64,000 bases of DNA from Syntrophales bacterium. GTDB taxonomy: Bacteria; Desulfobacterota; Syntrophia; Syntrophales; PHBD01. The DNA lies in the NCBI GenBank assembly GCA_963668175.1, contig OY764159.1:2592001-2656000 (forward strand), read 5' to 3'. Below, piece by piece: positions 1 to 10,527 of this stretch. The position numbers were made by a program, and so were the translations under genes. The first letter of the stretch is position 1; the number at the start of each line of letters is the position of its first letter. Under the pieces are notes generated by a model, which was not told the origin of the DNA, ran no database searches, and saw nothing but the letters and a program-made list of their open reading frames with translations.

Positions 1-907
1 CGACGACCGGCTGGTGCTTGAGGAAAAGCGTAAAGCCTTCGGGCCGGAGGCGGGACAGGAGTTCGCGGTCCGTCAGTTTCCCGCCTGGGCCGGAGCGCCT
101 CCCCATGGGATCGTCGACGCCCGCGACCTGGATAACGCCCCGGACAGCCGCCGTTGCCCCCCGGAGGATCGTGAAGCCCGACGCCGTAAGGAACGCAACG
201 GAGGCCTCGACGCCGGCGAAGAATTCGTGGTTTCCCAGGACGGCGAACTTGCCGTACCGGGGCTTGACGCCCTGGAGTAGTCTTACTGCCTCGGCCGTAT
301 CGGTCGTCTCGCCGTCCAGCAGGTCGCCCGTGGCCGCGAGGACGTCGGGCTTCTCGTTTGCGGCGGCGGCGACGATCCGTTCCAGGCGCTTCTTGCGGAC
401 GATGAGGCCGATGTGGACGTCGGATATCTGGACGATTCTGAGGCGACCGACATTTGCGGGAATCCGGTCCGAAACGATCGTGATCCGCTCCGTGCGGAGG
501 CGCACCGCCTCGACGGCGCCCCAGATGTTGGCGGCGAGCGATACCGCCGCGGGGACGGCGAACGAGACAAAGGGCGACGGAACGAGTGACGGCGGGAGAG
601 TCGTAAAGACAAGACCGGCCGCATGGACGGAGAGGGCATAGAGATCGAGACAGAGGGTGCCGGCGCAATAGACGAAGAGAAATCCCATCCAGAAGTAGCC
701 CGTGTAGGCGACCGCGCGGGCCTGACTCTCCCGGCCGCGGCTCTCGAGCATCCGTTCGCCGACGGGGGCGACGACCATCAGGGCGAGGAAAAGGGCAAGA
801 CCTGCGGCGGCCGCCGGAGCAAGCGGGTAAGCACCCGTTAGGCCGGTATAGAAGTAGAGGTGCATGCCGCCGTAGATGATGAAGAAGGTCGTGAGAAAAA
901 GAGTCAT
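1..907 (-). CDS. Membrane-anchored metallophosphoesterase (YkuE-like), 3' end outside window
   Basis: Not in ORF track. Manual translation from ATG at 907 gives a hydrophobic N-terminus, then ISDVHIG, TGDLLDG, GNHE and LKHQP calcineurin-like motifs. Confidence 0.85.
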   Translation of the reverse strand, partial: MTLFLTTFFIIYGGMHLYFYTGLTGAYPLAPAAAAGLALFLALMVVAPVGERMLESRGRESQARAVAYTGYFWMGFLFVYCAGTLCLDLYALSVHAAGLVFTTLPPSLVPSPFVSFAVPAAVSLAANIWGAVEAVRLRTERITIVSDRIPANVGRLRIVQISDVHIGLIVRKKRLERIVAAAANEKPDVLAATGDLLDGETTDTAEAVRLLQGVKPRYGKFAVLGNHEFFAGVEASVAFLTASGFTILRGATAAVRGVIQVAGVDDPMGRRSGPGGKLTDRELLSRLRPEGFTLFLKHQPVV

Positions 908-962
908 CGTCGAGAATGAACGGGTATTCCTTTCATGAATTTTTCAGGGCCGTTACGGCTCG

Positions 963-2576
963 TTATCCGGGCAGGGGCGAAAGCGAGGCCGCATGCCTTC
1001 CGGCGATCCGGCCGGAGGCCCAGGCCTCGGGATAATTGGATCCCACCTGGTAGAGGAAGCCGAAGAAGGAACCGAGTTCGCCCGCGGCGTAAAGCCTGGG
1101 GACGGGCCTGCCGTCGGGGTCCAGGACCTGGCCGTGGCGGTTCCGCTTCGGGCCCCCCTGCGTGTTTACGAGGGCGAGGCCCAGTTCCAGGGCATAGAAG
1201 GGCGGCGCCGCCAACGGTTCCATGGATTGGGGGGCGCGGCCGAATTCGGTGTCTTTTCCGGCCTCGGCGTCCCGGTTGAAACGGCCGACGGTCTCTTCCA
1301 GCCCATTCGCGTCGATGCCGCACCTGCCGGCCAGTTCGGCAATCGTATCCCCCTTGACGATCCAGCCCTTTGCCACTTCCGCCGCGTTGTCGCGGCTCCA
1401 GTCGTAGACCTGGTGGACCTCCGCGTAGCCGACGGGTTCCGACGGCTTCCGGGAGACGGGACCGGCCCGCCGGTGGGCCTCGTCGAAGACGAGATAGGCC
1501 GGCAGATGGGGGTACTCGGCCCGGTCGTGATCGAACCGGAGGATTTCCAGGGGGTCCCTGGTGTGATAGATGCGCTTCGTCTCCCGCATGAACCGCCTGC
1601 CGTACCTGTCGGCGAAAAGGAAACGCCCCGTCGCCGGGTTCCAGGGGATGCGCTCGGCGACGGCGACGCCGAAATGCCTGCTCGGCGCCTTCGCGCAGAA
1701 GCTTGCCCATTGCAGCGGCGCCGTATGCCAAAGGCAGGCGCCGGCCGCGGCGGCCATCTTCAGGCCGTCCCCCGTATTGCCCGGGGTCCCCAGGGGAAAG
1801 ACGTATCCGCTCACGCCCGGGTGGTTATAGTATCCGAACATTTCCGGGTTGTTTTCATAGCCGCCGCAGGCGAGGACGATGCCCCGGCGCGCCCTGATGT
1901 ATATCTCGCGGCCTTCGCTCAACGCCCTCACGCCCGCGACCTCGCCGGTCTCCGGGACCGTGACGAGATTCGCGGCGGCCGTCTTCACCATGACCCTGAT
2001 GTTCCTTTTCCCGACGAGGCGGGCGAGGAAGGCGAAGCCGTCTCTCCCCGTCGGATTGAAACGGAAGGCGGGGATCTTGGCTTTTCTGAGGGACGGGAAG
2101 TCGGGCGTTCTCGCGCCGATGTTCGGTCTTGCGCCCAGCCGCCGGAGGAGGTCGGGGACGCCGACCATCGCCTCGGCGAAACCGGCCAGCATGTCTTCGT
2201 CGACGGTGCCGAACGAGAGCCTGCGGTAATAGTCGGCCGCCTCGGAGACGTCGGCCGGGATGACCATGCCGCCGTGGCAGACGCCGCTGTTTCCCCCCGG
2301 AACGTCCATCTTTTCGAGAATGACGACGCGGGCGCCGTCGTCGTGGGCGGCGAGGGCGGCGCTCCCGCCCGCGGCGCCGTATCCGACGATCACGACGTCC
2401 GCCGTGTCGTCCCATTGCCGAACCTGTTTATAAGGAACGGACGCCGCCTCCGCGGGACGCAGGCCCGCAAGGCCCGTCGCGGCAATGCCCGCCGCCCCCC
2501 TGAGGAACGCTCTGCGGCTTACGCCATGGCCCGATTTCGTTCGATCCATGTTCGAGGAATCTTTCGTGCGGCGCAT
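963..2576 (-). CDS. Tat-exported FAD-dependent oxidoreductase (flavocytochrome c/fumarate reductase/3-ketosteroid dehydrogenase flavoprotein family)
   Basis: SRRAFL twin-arginine signal; VVIVGYGAAG FAD motif; GNTGDG, TQGG, LYAAGE. Start may be 2549. Confidence 0.85.
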   Translation of the reverse strand: MRRTKDSSNMDRTKSGHGVSRRAFLRGAAGIAATGLAGLRPAEAASVPYKQVRQWDDTADVVIVGYGAAGGSAALAAHDDGARVVILEKMDVPGGNSGVCHGGMVIPADVSEAADYYRRLSFGTVDEDMLAGFAEAMVGVPDLLRRLGARPNIGARTPDFPSLRKAKIPAFRFNPTGRDGFAFLARLVGKRNIRVMVKTAAANLVTVPETGEVAGVRALSEGREIYIRARRGIVLACGGYENNPEMFGYYNHPGVSGYVFPLGTPGNTGDGLKMAAAAGACLWHTAPLQWASFCAKAPSRHFGVAVAERIPWNPATGRFLFADRYGRRFMRETKRIYHTRDPLEILRFDHDRAEYPHLPAYLVFDEAHRRAGPVSRKPSEPVGYAEVHQVYDWSRDNAAEVAKGWIVKGDTIAELAGRCGIDANGLEETVGRFNRDAEAGKDTEFGRAPQSMEPLAAPPFYALELGLALVNTQGGPKRNRHGQVLDPDGRPVPRLYAAGELGSFFGFLYQVGSNYPEAWASGRIAGRHAASLSPLPG

Positions 2577-2594
2577 CGCCGTCCGGTCGGCCCG

Positions 2595-3095
2595 TCAGTC
2601 GGTTTCGTAGCAGGCGACGATTTCGCCGAAATAGAGGGTATGGTAATCTTTCTTGGGATAGAAGGACGCATCGACGGCCCCATCGAGGTTTGCCTGGTCC
2701 ATGGCCGTCTTGTAAACGATCCGGCATTCGTAATGACGCCCCGGAACCTTGATGATCGGGGATTCGACTTGCCGGGATGCCGCTGTGGTAAGTCCACAGC
2801 CTTGGAACTTGTCCATCACGCGGCCCGATTGCGAACCGCAGAAGGCCAGTTCCCTGGCGAAGCCCCCTGCCGGGATGGTAACGGTAAAGTCCTTCGCCGC
2901 CTCGATAATCCCGAAGGTATGCCGGCTCGGCCTTACGGCCACCATCATGATCCGCTTGCCCCAGACCACGCCCAGGGTGGCCCAGCCGATGGTCATGGTA
3001 TTGAGCCCCTTGTCCGACCTGACGGTCAGGAAGGCGCCTTCGCTCATTTTCCTGATGCTGTCTTGGGCGGCCGCCATATAGTGTACGTCTTGCAT
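2595..3095 (-). CDS. Flavin reductase family protein
   Basis: NTMTIGW, VRPSRHT, CGSQSGR..DK, HTLYFGEI motifs. Confidence 0.85.
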   Translation of the reverse strand: MQDVHYMAAAQDSIRKMSEGAFLTVRSDKGLNTMTIGWATLGVVWGKRIMMVAVRPSRHTFGIIEAAKDFTVTIPAGGFARELAFCGSQSGRVMDKFQGCGLTTAASRQVESPIIKVPGRHYECRIVYKTAMDQANLDGAVDASFYPKKDYHTLYFGEIVACYETD

Positions 3096-3216
3096 GGCTT
3101 CTCCTCGTAAGAAATTTCGGATGCCACCGTCTTACCACTGCGGCGGCGAAAGCGCAACGGCCGGATCGAGCGGGACCGGCCGCGAGAAAGGCATGCCGGG
3201 TAATGCAGGCCCGTTC

Positions 3217-4179
3217 CTATTCGAGCCAGCCCAGCTTCACGCCCGCCCACACGCCGGCGAACACGCTGGTCATGAAGATGAAGCTGCTGACCGCAAAGAT
3301 CGGCACGCCGCTCAGGCCGTGGAGAACGTTGTCCCCCATGGCGACAGCGGCCGCGATGCCCATGACAAACCCGCCCGCAAGCGATGCGGGGATGCGTTTG
3401 TTGCTGTAAGGCTTGCCCGGGGACTTCCCCTTCGTCTTGCTCGCAATCAACGCCCCGATGGGCACGCCGAGCACCATGAAGACGCTCCCGTCGAACCCGG
3501 ACCAGTCGCCCTGGAGGAGGAGTGAAACGAGCCCGTCGCTGCCCTGCGTCATGCCGAGGCCGTAGGGCTTCCCGGCGAGGTTGCGGACCTCCCAGGCGGC
3601 GATGCCGATAAGCCCGATGGCGACGCCGGTGATCTGCCAGTTCCATCCGCCCTGGTAGGAATAGCTGCGGACACGGAGCACCCAGACAATGACGACGATG
3701 ATGAATACCGACACGAAGAGGATGCGGTTGATGTCGAAGACATGGTGAAAGGTCGTCGAGAGGGACCGGCTGTAAAAGAACTGGTGGACGGCCGGGGCGA
3801 TCCAGTCGTTGCTGAACCACACCCCGACGGCGAAAGCGCCGATGGTCCAGAGGTAATCGAGTTTGCCCTCGCCGGCGCGGTAGAAGACGGCCCCCGCGCA
3901 GCCCACGGCCAGGACCATGCCGAGGCCGTACACGAATCCCGCCGCCATGGTGATGAAGCCGAAACTCAGGGGCACCGTTACGCGCAGATACCCGAATTCG
4001 GTGAGCAAGTTGACCGCGAGCATCTGGACCAGGACGGCCAGGAGATAAGTTCGGAGCATGTACGGCTCACGGCCGGTTACAACCTCGTAGGAGGCTGAGA
4101 GCATTCAGAAACGCCCCCGTTGGGAGACGTAACCGAAGGCCAGGCCGACGGCGAGTCCGAGTAGGATCGAGGTTATCAT
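3217..4179 (-). CDS. YeeE/YedE sulfur-compound transporter, probable selenoprotein (in-frame TGA at 4105-4107)
   Basis: MITSILLGLAVGLAFGYVSQRGRF-TGA-MLSA continues in frame into the 295-aa ORF. TGA sits at the Cys of the family QRGRFC motif. GLGMVLAVGC motif also present. Confidence 0.8.
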
Positions 4180-4241
4180 GTTTAAAGACCCGTTGCTATA
4201 GACTGGCGCTGAGTAAATATTCGGCAGGCGGAGCCGTCCGT

Positions 4242-4766
4242 TTACGGCCGCTTCCGGGACTGCCTGCCGTCGCATCCCATCCTGCGGCAGAGCCGCTTGT
4301 GTTCGGCGGCGGTGATCCACGGGACGTTGAGGTAATCGCGGAGCATGCCGTCCTTCATGCCGATGCGGCGTCCCTCCCTGACCGTCACTTCGTAGGCCTC
4401 GATTTCCGTATCGCGGTCCACGTACGACTTCTGCCTTTCGAAAAGGTCCCGGCCGTCCAGGTGCTGCTTCACGTGACAGAGTTCGTGGATGATATCCAGG
4501 TAGAGGAACCTAAGCGACGCGCTTTTCAGGTAATTGAGGCCGATGTTGATCGAGCCGTCGTCGTTGTCGACGGACATCACGTGGGGCGAATCCAGGATGA
4601 AGACTTCCGTTCTTTCCATGACATCGTCGAATTCACGCTTGTCGGTGAAGATCGTGCGCAGGATATCGTAGGAGCGGATATCGGGAAAAATCTCCGCCAG
4701 GCGGTATTGACCCGGCCCGACTGACCGGTTGATATGGAAGGTGTTCTCTCTTGCGTTCGCCGTCAT
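4242..4766 (-). CDS. Hypothetical protein with HExxH (HELCH) zinc-metallopeptidase-like motif
   Basis: IIHELCH followed by a downstream EIEAY. Confidence 0.6.
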   Translation of the reverse strand: MTANARENTFHINRSVGPGQYRLAEIFPDIRSYDILRTIFTDKREFDDVMERTEVFILDSPHVMSVDNDDGSINIGLNYLKSASLRFLYLDIIHELCHVKQHLDGRDLFERQKSYVDRDTEIEAYEVTVREGRRIGMKDGMLRDYLNVPWITAAEHKRLCRRMGCDGRQSRKRP

Positions 4767-5085
4767 ACCTGTTCACCGTCATGCCTGTCCGCAATCGTGC
4801 CGCGGTGGAATGCGCCCGTCGGCGAACTGTCCGGCCGCCTTTGCGGCTTCCGGAGCAATCCATTCCGAGACGTTCTAACTTATATTAATATAGGGTATGG
4901 GAAGTCAAAATGCAAAAAAATGGACGGAAAATTTTTTGCCGCCGCCGGGGGCGGAGAAATCAATTTGTATGAAACAAGTACTTAAATCCCGGGGCAGTCA
5001 TGTATCTTGTATCGACGGAGCCGGATGCCACAAGCAGTAGTAGTATGGAAAGGTGCAGGCGTAACGAGGCCGGACCGCTTTTACC

Positions 5086-5271
5086 TGTCGAAATTCTTTA
5101 CAATTTTCCGGCGTATTACTATGTTAGTGATATTGGGCGGTTGGCGTGAAGGCTGCCGGGCGGGTCGACGGAAAAGTAAAGATTCTTTACAGGTTAAGTC
5201 CGTTCCCGGCAGGCGTATATATAAAAACATTAACTAAATCAGCTAATTGAATAGTTGGTATAGATTATGCT
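5086..5271 (+). promoter_or_regulatory. Sigma54 promoter plus two upstream 17-bp boxes for PEP-CTERM gene
   Basis: TGGTATAGATTATGCT (5256-5271, GG-N10-GC); TGTCGAAATTCTTTACA (5086-5102); AGTAAAGATTCTTTACA (5175-5191). Confidence 0.65.
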
Positions 5272-5315
5272 TATAATATGTCAAGAATAACGTCTGAAAA
5301 GTGGGAGGAATCGTC

Positions 5316-6002
5316 ATGAAAAAAATCGTACTCATTATCGCTGCTTTTTTTGCCCTGACGACGGGGGTTGCTTTTGCAGGCACTATTTACGACAACGGGT
5401 TACCTAATCTTTCAGATGCTGTGTTCAGTGATCCCAGTGCTACTGACTCAAATGGATTGACGCAAACAGCGGCGGGCAGTTTCTGGGTGTCGGGGTCCAG
5501 TAATCTTACAGATATCCATTGGTGGGGCATATACGGCAATGCGGTGCAGTCTCTGAATAACTTTACGATCAATATCTATGAAACGGCCGCAGCGGCCAAC
5601 CTGCCCGGATCTTTATATAAAAATGTCACGATAACAAACCTAACCGTCACCAATACCGGTACAAGAATAACGGATACTACTTACGGTGTTTACAAATATG
5701 ACATCACGATCAATCCGATTGCATTGTCTGCCGGAGTGATCTACTGGCTGGAAATCGTGAACACGACTGAGAATGGCGAGTGGGCTTGGGCAACTGCTGA
5801 TGGAAAAGATACAACTGCTTTTTTTAAGGACGGCAATTGGAATCTCTTAATTTTTGAAGATGGATCGACGGAGCAGCTTGCATTCTATTTAACCGACGAC
5901 GTCGAGGAGCCGCCGACGGGCGTTCCCGAACCCGGTACGATGATGCTTCTGGGCCTCGGCCTCGCGGGCGCTGCGGCCGCCAGGAAGCATTTCCGCAGAT
6001 AA
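5316..6002 (+). CDS. PEP-CTERM sorting domain protein
   Basis: Signal peptide; C-terminal VPEPGT + hydrophobic helix + RKHFRR; GGAGG RBS before ATG 5316. Confidence 0.9.
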   Translation: MKKIVLIIAAFFALTTGVAFAGTIYDNGLPNLSDAVFSDPSATDSNGLTQTAAGSFWVSGSSNLTDIHWWGIYGNAVQSLNNFTINIYETAAAANLPGSLYKNVTITNLTVTNTGTRITDTTYGVYKYDITINPIALSAGVIYWLEIVNTTENGEWAWATADGKDTTAFFKDGNWNLLIFEDGSTEQLAFYLTDDVEEPPTGVPEPGTMMLLGLGLAGAAAARKHFRR

Positions 6003-6026
6003 TCTCCCACAAGATATAGAACAGGC

Positions 6027-6060
6027 AAGGCAGGGTTCGTAAAAAACCCTGCCTTTTTTT
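6027..6060 (+). terminator. Rho-independent terminator
   Basis: AAGGCAGGGTT...AACCCTGCCTT followed by a T run. Confidence 0.8.
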
Positions 6061-6377
6061 GTTGGCGATAATCAGCCGCCGCGCCTTCTGTTTGATGCTT
6101 TTCCCATCGTATCATCCATGAAATGATTCGTCCCCGATGCAAACCGGACGGCCCTGTTTCGAGACCAGGCGGTTTCCCTCCATCTTTCGTCAACACCTCG
6201 CCCGGCGCTTCCGTCAAGGATGAAGGGTCCCGTACATCTCCCTCCTTCCCGGTTGCGTTATTTATTAAACCGGTCCGGAAGGGATGCGGCAAAGAATATC
6301 CTTCCCGACGGGTCTTTGTGTGCTATAGGAATGCCGTCGCTCCGGCGGCGACGTGTCCGGAAGGCGGTCTGATATAA

Positions 6378-7439
6378 ATGGATGTTGAAGGAAAACGAAA
6401 AACAGCGGCGATGGCGAAGACCCTGGCGGCGGCGGTGCCGGGAGGCATCCTGTTTTATCTCCTGCACGTGCCGCTTCCCTGGATGCTCGGGCCCTTGGCC
6501 GCCGTGCTGGCCTACAACGCCCTGAGCGGCGGAAAGGCCTGCTGGCCGGTGGGCATCCGCAACGTCGGCATGATCGTCATGGGGTATTCGATGGGCCGGG
6601 TGGTGACGGCGGACGCCTTGCGGCAGATCGCAGGCGACCTGCCCGCCATGTTCGCGGTCACGCTCCTCACGCTCCTCTTCAGCGCCGCGACGGGGTACGT
6701 CACCCACCGGCGGACGGGCGTGAGCCTCGCGAGCGGCGTCGTGGGCAGCATGCCCGGGGGACTCATGCAGATGGTCGTCCTCGGCGAGGAGATCAGGGAC
6801 GCGGACATGACCGTCGTGGCCTTCATGCAGACGCTGCGCGTTCTTGCCGTCGTCTTCATCGTGCCGGTCATTGCCACATTCGGCCTGGCCCATGCGGCCG
6901 GAGGCGCACCCCTGCCGCCCGTTCCGGCGGAGTCGGGCGATTTTGTCCGGGCTTTACCGGCGATAGCGGCGTCCGTTGCGGGCGCTTGGTTCGCCGTCCG
7001 GACGAAGCTCTCGACGCCTTATCTCCTCGGTCCCATCTTCGGCGCGGCGGCCGCGGTCCTCGCGGGTTTCCCCGCGCCTCCCGTGCCCCGGAGCGTTCTC
7101 AATATCGCCCAGCTCTTCTTCGGCGCTTACATGGGGCTCGCCATCACGACGGCGGCACTCAGGCAGCTCGGCAGGGTCTTCCCCTGGGCGCTCGGAGGCG
7201 CGGTGGTCCTGGTGGCGTTCACCTTCCTCCTGGGGGCGGGGCTGACCGTCTTCATGCCGGCGACGCTCCTGACCGCCTTCCTCAGCACGGCCCCGGGCGG
7301 CATGGCCGAGATGGGCATGACCGCCATCGTCCTCCACGCCGATATTGCGACCGTTCTCGTCTTCCAGCTCTTCAGGCTCTTTTGCCTGCTGATGGCTGTC
7401 CCGCCGTTCCTGAAGTGGTGGCTGAACAAGCCGCATTGA
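6378..7439 (+). CDS. AbrB family membrane protein (duplicated-domain type)
   Basis: PLPWMLGPL, SMPGGL and TAPGGMAEM motifs in two internally repeated hydrophobic halves. Confidence 0.85.
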   Translation: MDVEGKRKTAAMAKTLAAAVPGGILFYLLHVPLPWMLGPLAAVLAYNALSGGKACWPVGIRNVGMIVMGYSMGRVVTADALRQIAGDLPAMFAVTLLTLLFSAATGYVTHRRTGVSLASGVVGSMPGGLMQMVVLGEEIRDADMTVVAFMQTLRVLAVVFIVPVIATFGLAHAAGGAPLPPVPAESGDFVRALPAIAASVAGAWFAVRTKLSTPYLLGPIFGAAAAVLAGFPAPPVPRSVLNIAQLFFGAYMGLAITTAALRQLGRVFPWALGGAVVLVAFTFLLGAGLTVFMPATLLTAFLSTAPGGMAEMGMTAIVLHADIATVLVFQLFRLFCLLMAVPPFLKWWLNKPH

Positions 7440-7498
7440 CCGGTCCAAAGTCGGTGCGTCGAATCGCGACAACGCCGCCGGCGTCTTTAAAGGTCGTT

Positions 7499-9553
7499 TC
7501 AGGGTTTTTTCCTGACGACGACGGCCTGCCTGGCGTTGATCGTCACGAGGTCGTCGGCCGCACCCGCCACTTCGATATAGCTACCCCTGGCCGCGTAAGC
7601 CTCGCCGCTGTCGATGGCGCTGTCGTAGGCGACGGTGTCGTTGGCGTTGAAGACGATCACCCGTCCCTGTTTCGGCTTGGTATAGTTCATGATCAGGTCT
7701 TCCGCCGCCAGGAGCCATTCGCTGTAGCCTTCGTCCCCGATCTTCACGGATGTCTCCCCGGGCTTCAGGGCAGCGGCGGCGCTGTCCGCCGGGCTGTAGA
7801 GCATGTCCGAGGTCCAGGCCCACATGGCGCCGTTCCTTTCGAAGATGAAGAGCTCCGTCTGATCGCGGACGGCGTCGAAGGGCATGGCGGCGTATTCGGG
7901 GGAATCGATCCTCTTGACGCCCCGGAAGGCGACGTATCCCGGCAGGTCCTTGTAGAGGTGCGACATTTCCAGGTGCGAATCCGTCGCCGCGACCGACTCG
8001 AAGGGCGCGACGTTCCTTCGCAGCCAGACCTTGCCGTCCATGCCGATCCTCAGGTTTTGCGGCTTGGCTAAAGGATTGACCTTCTGCATGGCGATCGCGT
8101 CGACTTTAAGCGTGGGGTTCGACTGGACAAAATAGGTTTCGGGGCCGATGGAGGCAAAGTAGAAGTCGTTTCCCTTGCCGTCATGATAGAAACCGCCGGA
8201 ATAGGCGAGGGCGACGACCGGCTTCTTTTCCTGTCCCTCGAAACTGAAGACGGCGACGCTCTTCCTGTCGGCGGCGAAGACGATCTGGGCGAGGCCGCCC
8301 TGGCTGCCGTAGTAGCCGCCGAACTGCACATCCTCCTGCGGAATGAGCGCCGCTGCGGGCGGTGCCGTGACGCCTTTTTCTTCCTTAGGGATCATTTTTT
8401 TCCCGACGAGGACCGCGTCCAGCAGATCGAGGGCGATCAGCATCGCGCCGCTCTGCGGCCCGGTCGCAATGACCGCGACGGAGATCTTCCTGTCGGGCGC
8501 CGTATAGACCATCGACGAGTAATTGCCGGTGCCGCCGCTCTTGCCCAGGACCTTGATCCCGGCGGCGTCGTACCGCGCCAGGCCCGTGAGGTCCCAGCCG
8601 AGGCCGAAGGAAAGTTCCGGCTGGCGGAGTTTGCCCGCAAATGCCGACGGCTGCGCCTTCTTCATTTCTGCAAGGGAGGCCTTCTTCAAAAGCCTGTTTT
8701 CCGCGGCGAAGGCGTCGGCGAAGCGGCAAAGCTCCACGGCGGTCGAGGACAGGCCGCCCGCGCCGAGCACCGACAGGGCTTCCGGCGGATGCTTCTTGCC
8801 CGTCGTCGGATCGTAGTAGGCCGCAACGGGTTTTCCCCTAATCCCGCCCACGCTTACGCCCGTGTTTTTCAGGCCCAGCGGTTTGAAGATGCGCCGGTTG
8901 AGGAAGTCGAGGTACGTCATGCCGCTCATGCGCTCCACGATCATTTCCGCCAGGGTGAAGCCGTCGTTGCAGTAGACGGCCATCGCCCCCGGCGCATGCT
9001 TGAGATGGCTGCGGGTCAGGGTTTCGATGGTGTCCTGCTTCACCTTGTCGTTGTATTTGAATCCGAAGGCGTTCGCGTATTCGGTGCCGGGGAGGCCGGA
9101 CGTGTGGTTCAGGAGCATGCGGACGGTGATCGCCCGGTAGCGGCTGTCGGCCATCCGGAACTGCGGGAGATAATACGAAGCGGGCTTGTCGAGGTCGATC
9201 CTGCCGTCGTCCGCGAGGAGCATGACCGCCGCCGCCACATAGACCTTGCTGACGGAGCCGATGTTGAAGAGGGTGGAGGCGTCGACGGGGACGGATTTCT
9301 CCCTGTCGGCCATGCCGAAGCCCTCGGCGTAGACGGTCTTGCCGTCGACGGTGATCGCGGCGGAGGCGCTCCCGCATTTGCCGCTGTTAATGGCCTTCCA
9401 TATGTCGCCGCGGACTTTCTCTATGGCGGTTTCGTAAGGATTGGGTCCGGTATTGGGGGCGGGTTTTGCTTTGCCGGCCGCGTGGGCGGCGGTGAGCGAG
9501 ACAACCAGGAGAAAACAGAGACAAACGGCGCCGATGGCGCGGATATTCTTCAT
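7499..9553 (-). CDS. Secreted serine hydrolase (beta-lactamase class C/PBP family)
   Basis: Signal peptide; FNIGSVSK (SxxK), LLNHTSGL, YCN, KSGGT. Confidence 0.85.
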   Translation of the reverse strand: MKNIRAIGAVCLCFLLVVSLTAAHAAGKAKPAPNTGPNPYETAIEKVRGDIWKAINSGKCGSASAAITVDGKTVYAEGFGMADREKSVPVDASTLFNIGSVSKVYVAAAVMLLADDGRIDLDKPASYYLPQFRMADSRYRAITVRMLLNHTSGLPGTEYANAFGFKYNDKVKQDTIETLTRSHLKHAPGAMAVYCNDGFTLAEMIVERMSGMTYLDFLNRRIFKPLGLKNTGVSVGGIRGKPVAAYYDPTTGKKHPPEALSVLGAGGLSSTAVELCRFADAFAAENRLLKKASLAEMKKAQPSAFAGKLRQPELSFGLGWDLTGLARYDAAGIKVLGKSGGTGNYSSMVYTAPDRKISVAVIATGPQSGAMLIALDLLDAVLVGKKMIPKEEKGVTAPPAAALIPQEDVQFGGYYGSQGGLAQIVFAADRKSVAVFSFEGQEKKPVVALAYSGGFYHDGKGNDFYFASIGPETYFVQSNPTLKVDAIAMQKVNPLAKPQNLRIGMDGKVWLRRNVAPFESVAATDSHLEMSHLYKDLPGYVAFRGVKRIDSPEYAAMPFDAVRDQTELFIFERNGAMWAWTSDMLYSPADSAAAALKPGETSVKIGDEGYSEWLLAAEDLIMNYTKPKQGRVIVFNANDTVAYDSAIDSGEAYAARGSYIEVAGAADDLVTINARQAVVVRKKP

Positions 9554-9731
9554 GGAACGGCCTCCTTTTCGTTTCGGGGTCTGGGCGTTTCTTCAGACGG
9601 GAGTATAGGGAATGCGGCGCGGCAAGTCAAACGAATAGGGCAGGGCGCCCGGGGCGGCGGGAACGGACCCCGGCCCTGCGGCGAAGAAACTTACCATTTA
9701 CGGGGATGGCGCGTCGCCTCGGAAAACCGGC

Positions 9732-10226
9732 TCATGCCCCTTCTTTCTTTCCGTATCGCGCGTAGGCCAGGCGCTTGCCCGTTTCCGTGCGGAAGGTCTT
9801 CCCGATGACGTGGAGCTTCTTTTCCGTGGGCCAGTCGTTGTACATGGCCCCCAGGTTGACGATCCAGTCGGCGTCCCAGATGCAGCGGAATTCGGGCGTG
9901 TCGATCCTGTTGCCGCTGTGATGGCTGGCGACGATGTCGGAGACGTGTTTCACGGTCGCGCCGTCGATGGCAAGCGACGCCATGATGGCCTCCGCAATGG
10001 GCGGGCCTTCGACCTCCTGGTGGTGGCCGGCGGTCGATCCGTATTTCCGGAAGGCCTCCGGGATGCCGATGTCGTGGAGGATGGCCGCGGCCTCGACCGT
10101 CAGGGGGTCGCCGCCTTCTGCGTCCCGTATCTCCTCGGCCAGGGCGAGAACCGTCAGGGCGTGGTTGATTCTTCTCACGTCTTCGCCGAAATAGGCCTTC
10201 ATTCTGTCGATGAGTTTTTCCCGCAT
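9732..10226 (-). CDS. HD-domain phosphohydrolase
   Basis: H...AAILHDIG...HH...DAD pattern. Confidence 0.85.
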   Translation of the reverse strand: MREKLIDRMKAYFGEDVRRINHALTVLALAEEIRDAEGGDPLTVEAAAILHDIGIPEAFRKYGSTAGHHQEVEGPPIAEAIMASLAIDGATVKHVSDIVASHHSGNRIDTPEFRCIWDADWIVNLGAMYNDWPTEKKLHVIGKTFRTETGKRLAYARYGKKEGA

Positions 10227-10357
10227 AGGCGCTCCTTGTGTCCGGACCGTGAGTCCGGTGTGATCTGTACGATGCTTAAGTAAATTTATCGGAATCGGAC
10301 GGCCCTGTCCACGTTTTCTTTCAGGGATTCTTTGGGAGGCTTTCGGTTGCGCGGTAA

Positions 10358-10423
10358 AGAAACGGCCCCCGTTGCCGGTTCGTCGCCCGGCTGCGGGAGC
10401 CGCATCCCAAAAGGTGTTGCGAA
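10358..10423 (-). repeat. Repeated terminator-like hairpin, copy 1 of 3
   Basis: AGAAACGGCCCCC..CCGGTTCGTCGCCCGGC.GCGGG.GCCGC also occurs at 19591-19645 and 21577-21648. Confidence 0.75.
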
Positions 10424-10527
10424 GCTATGTCGGGTACCGGCCGTCGGCCGGTACGGCTTGTCTTTGCTCGGGCCTCGCGCCGGACGATTGCCCGGAAGCC
10501 GCCCGTACTGTCCGGCGAATCCCGCTC

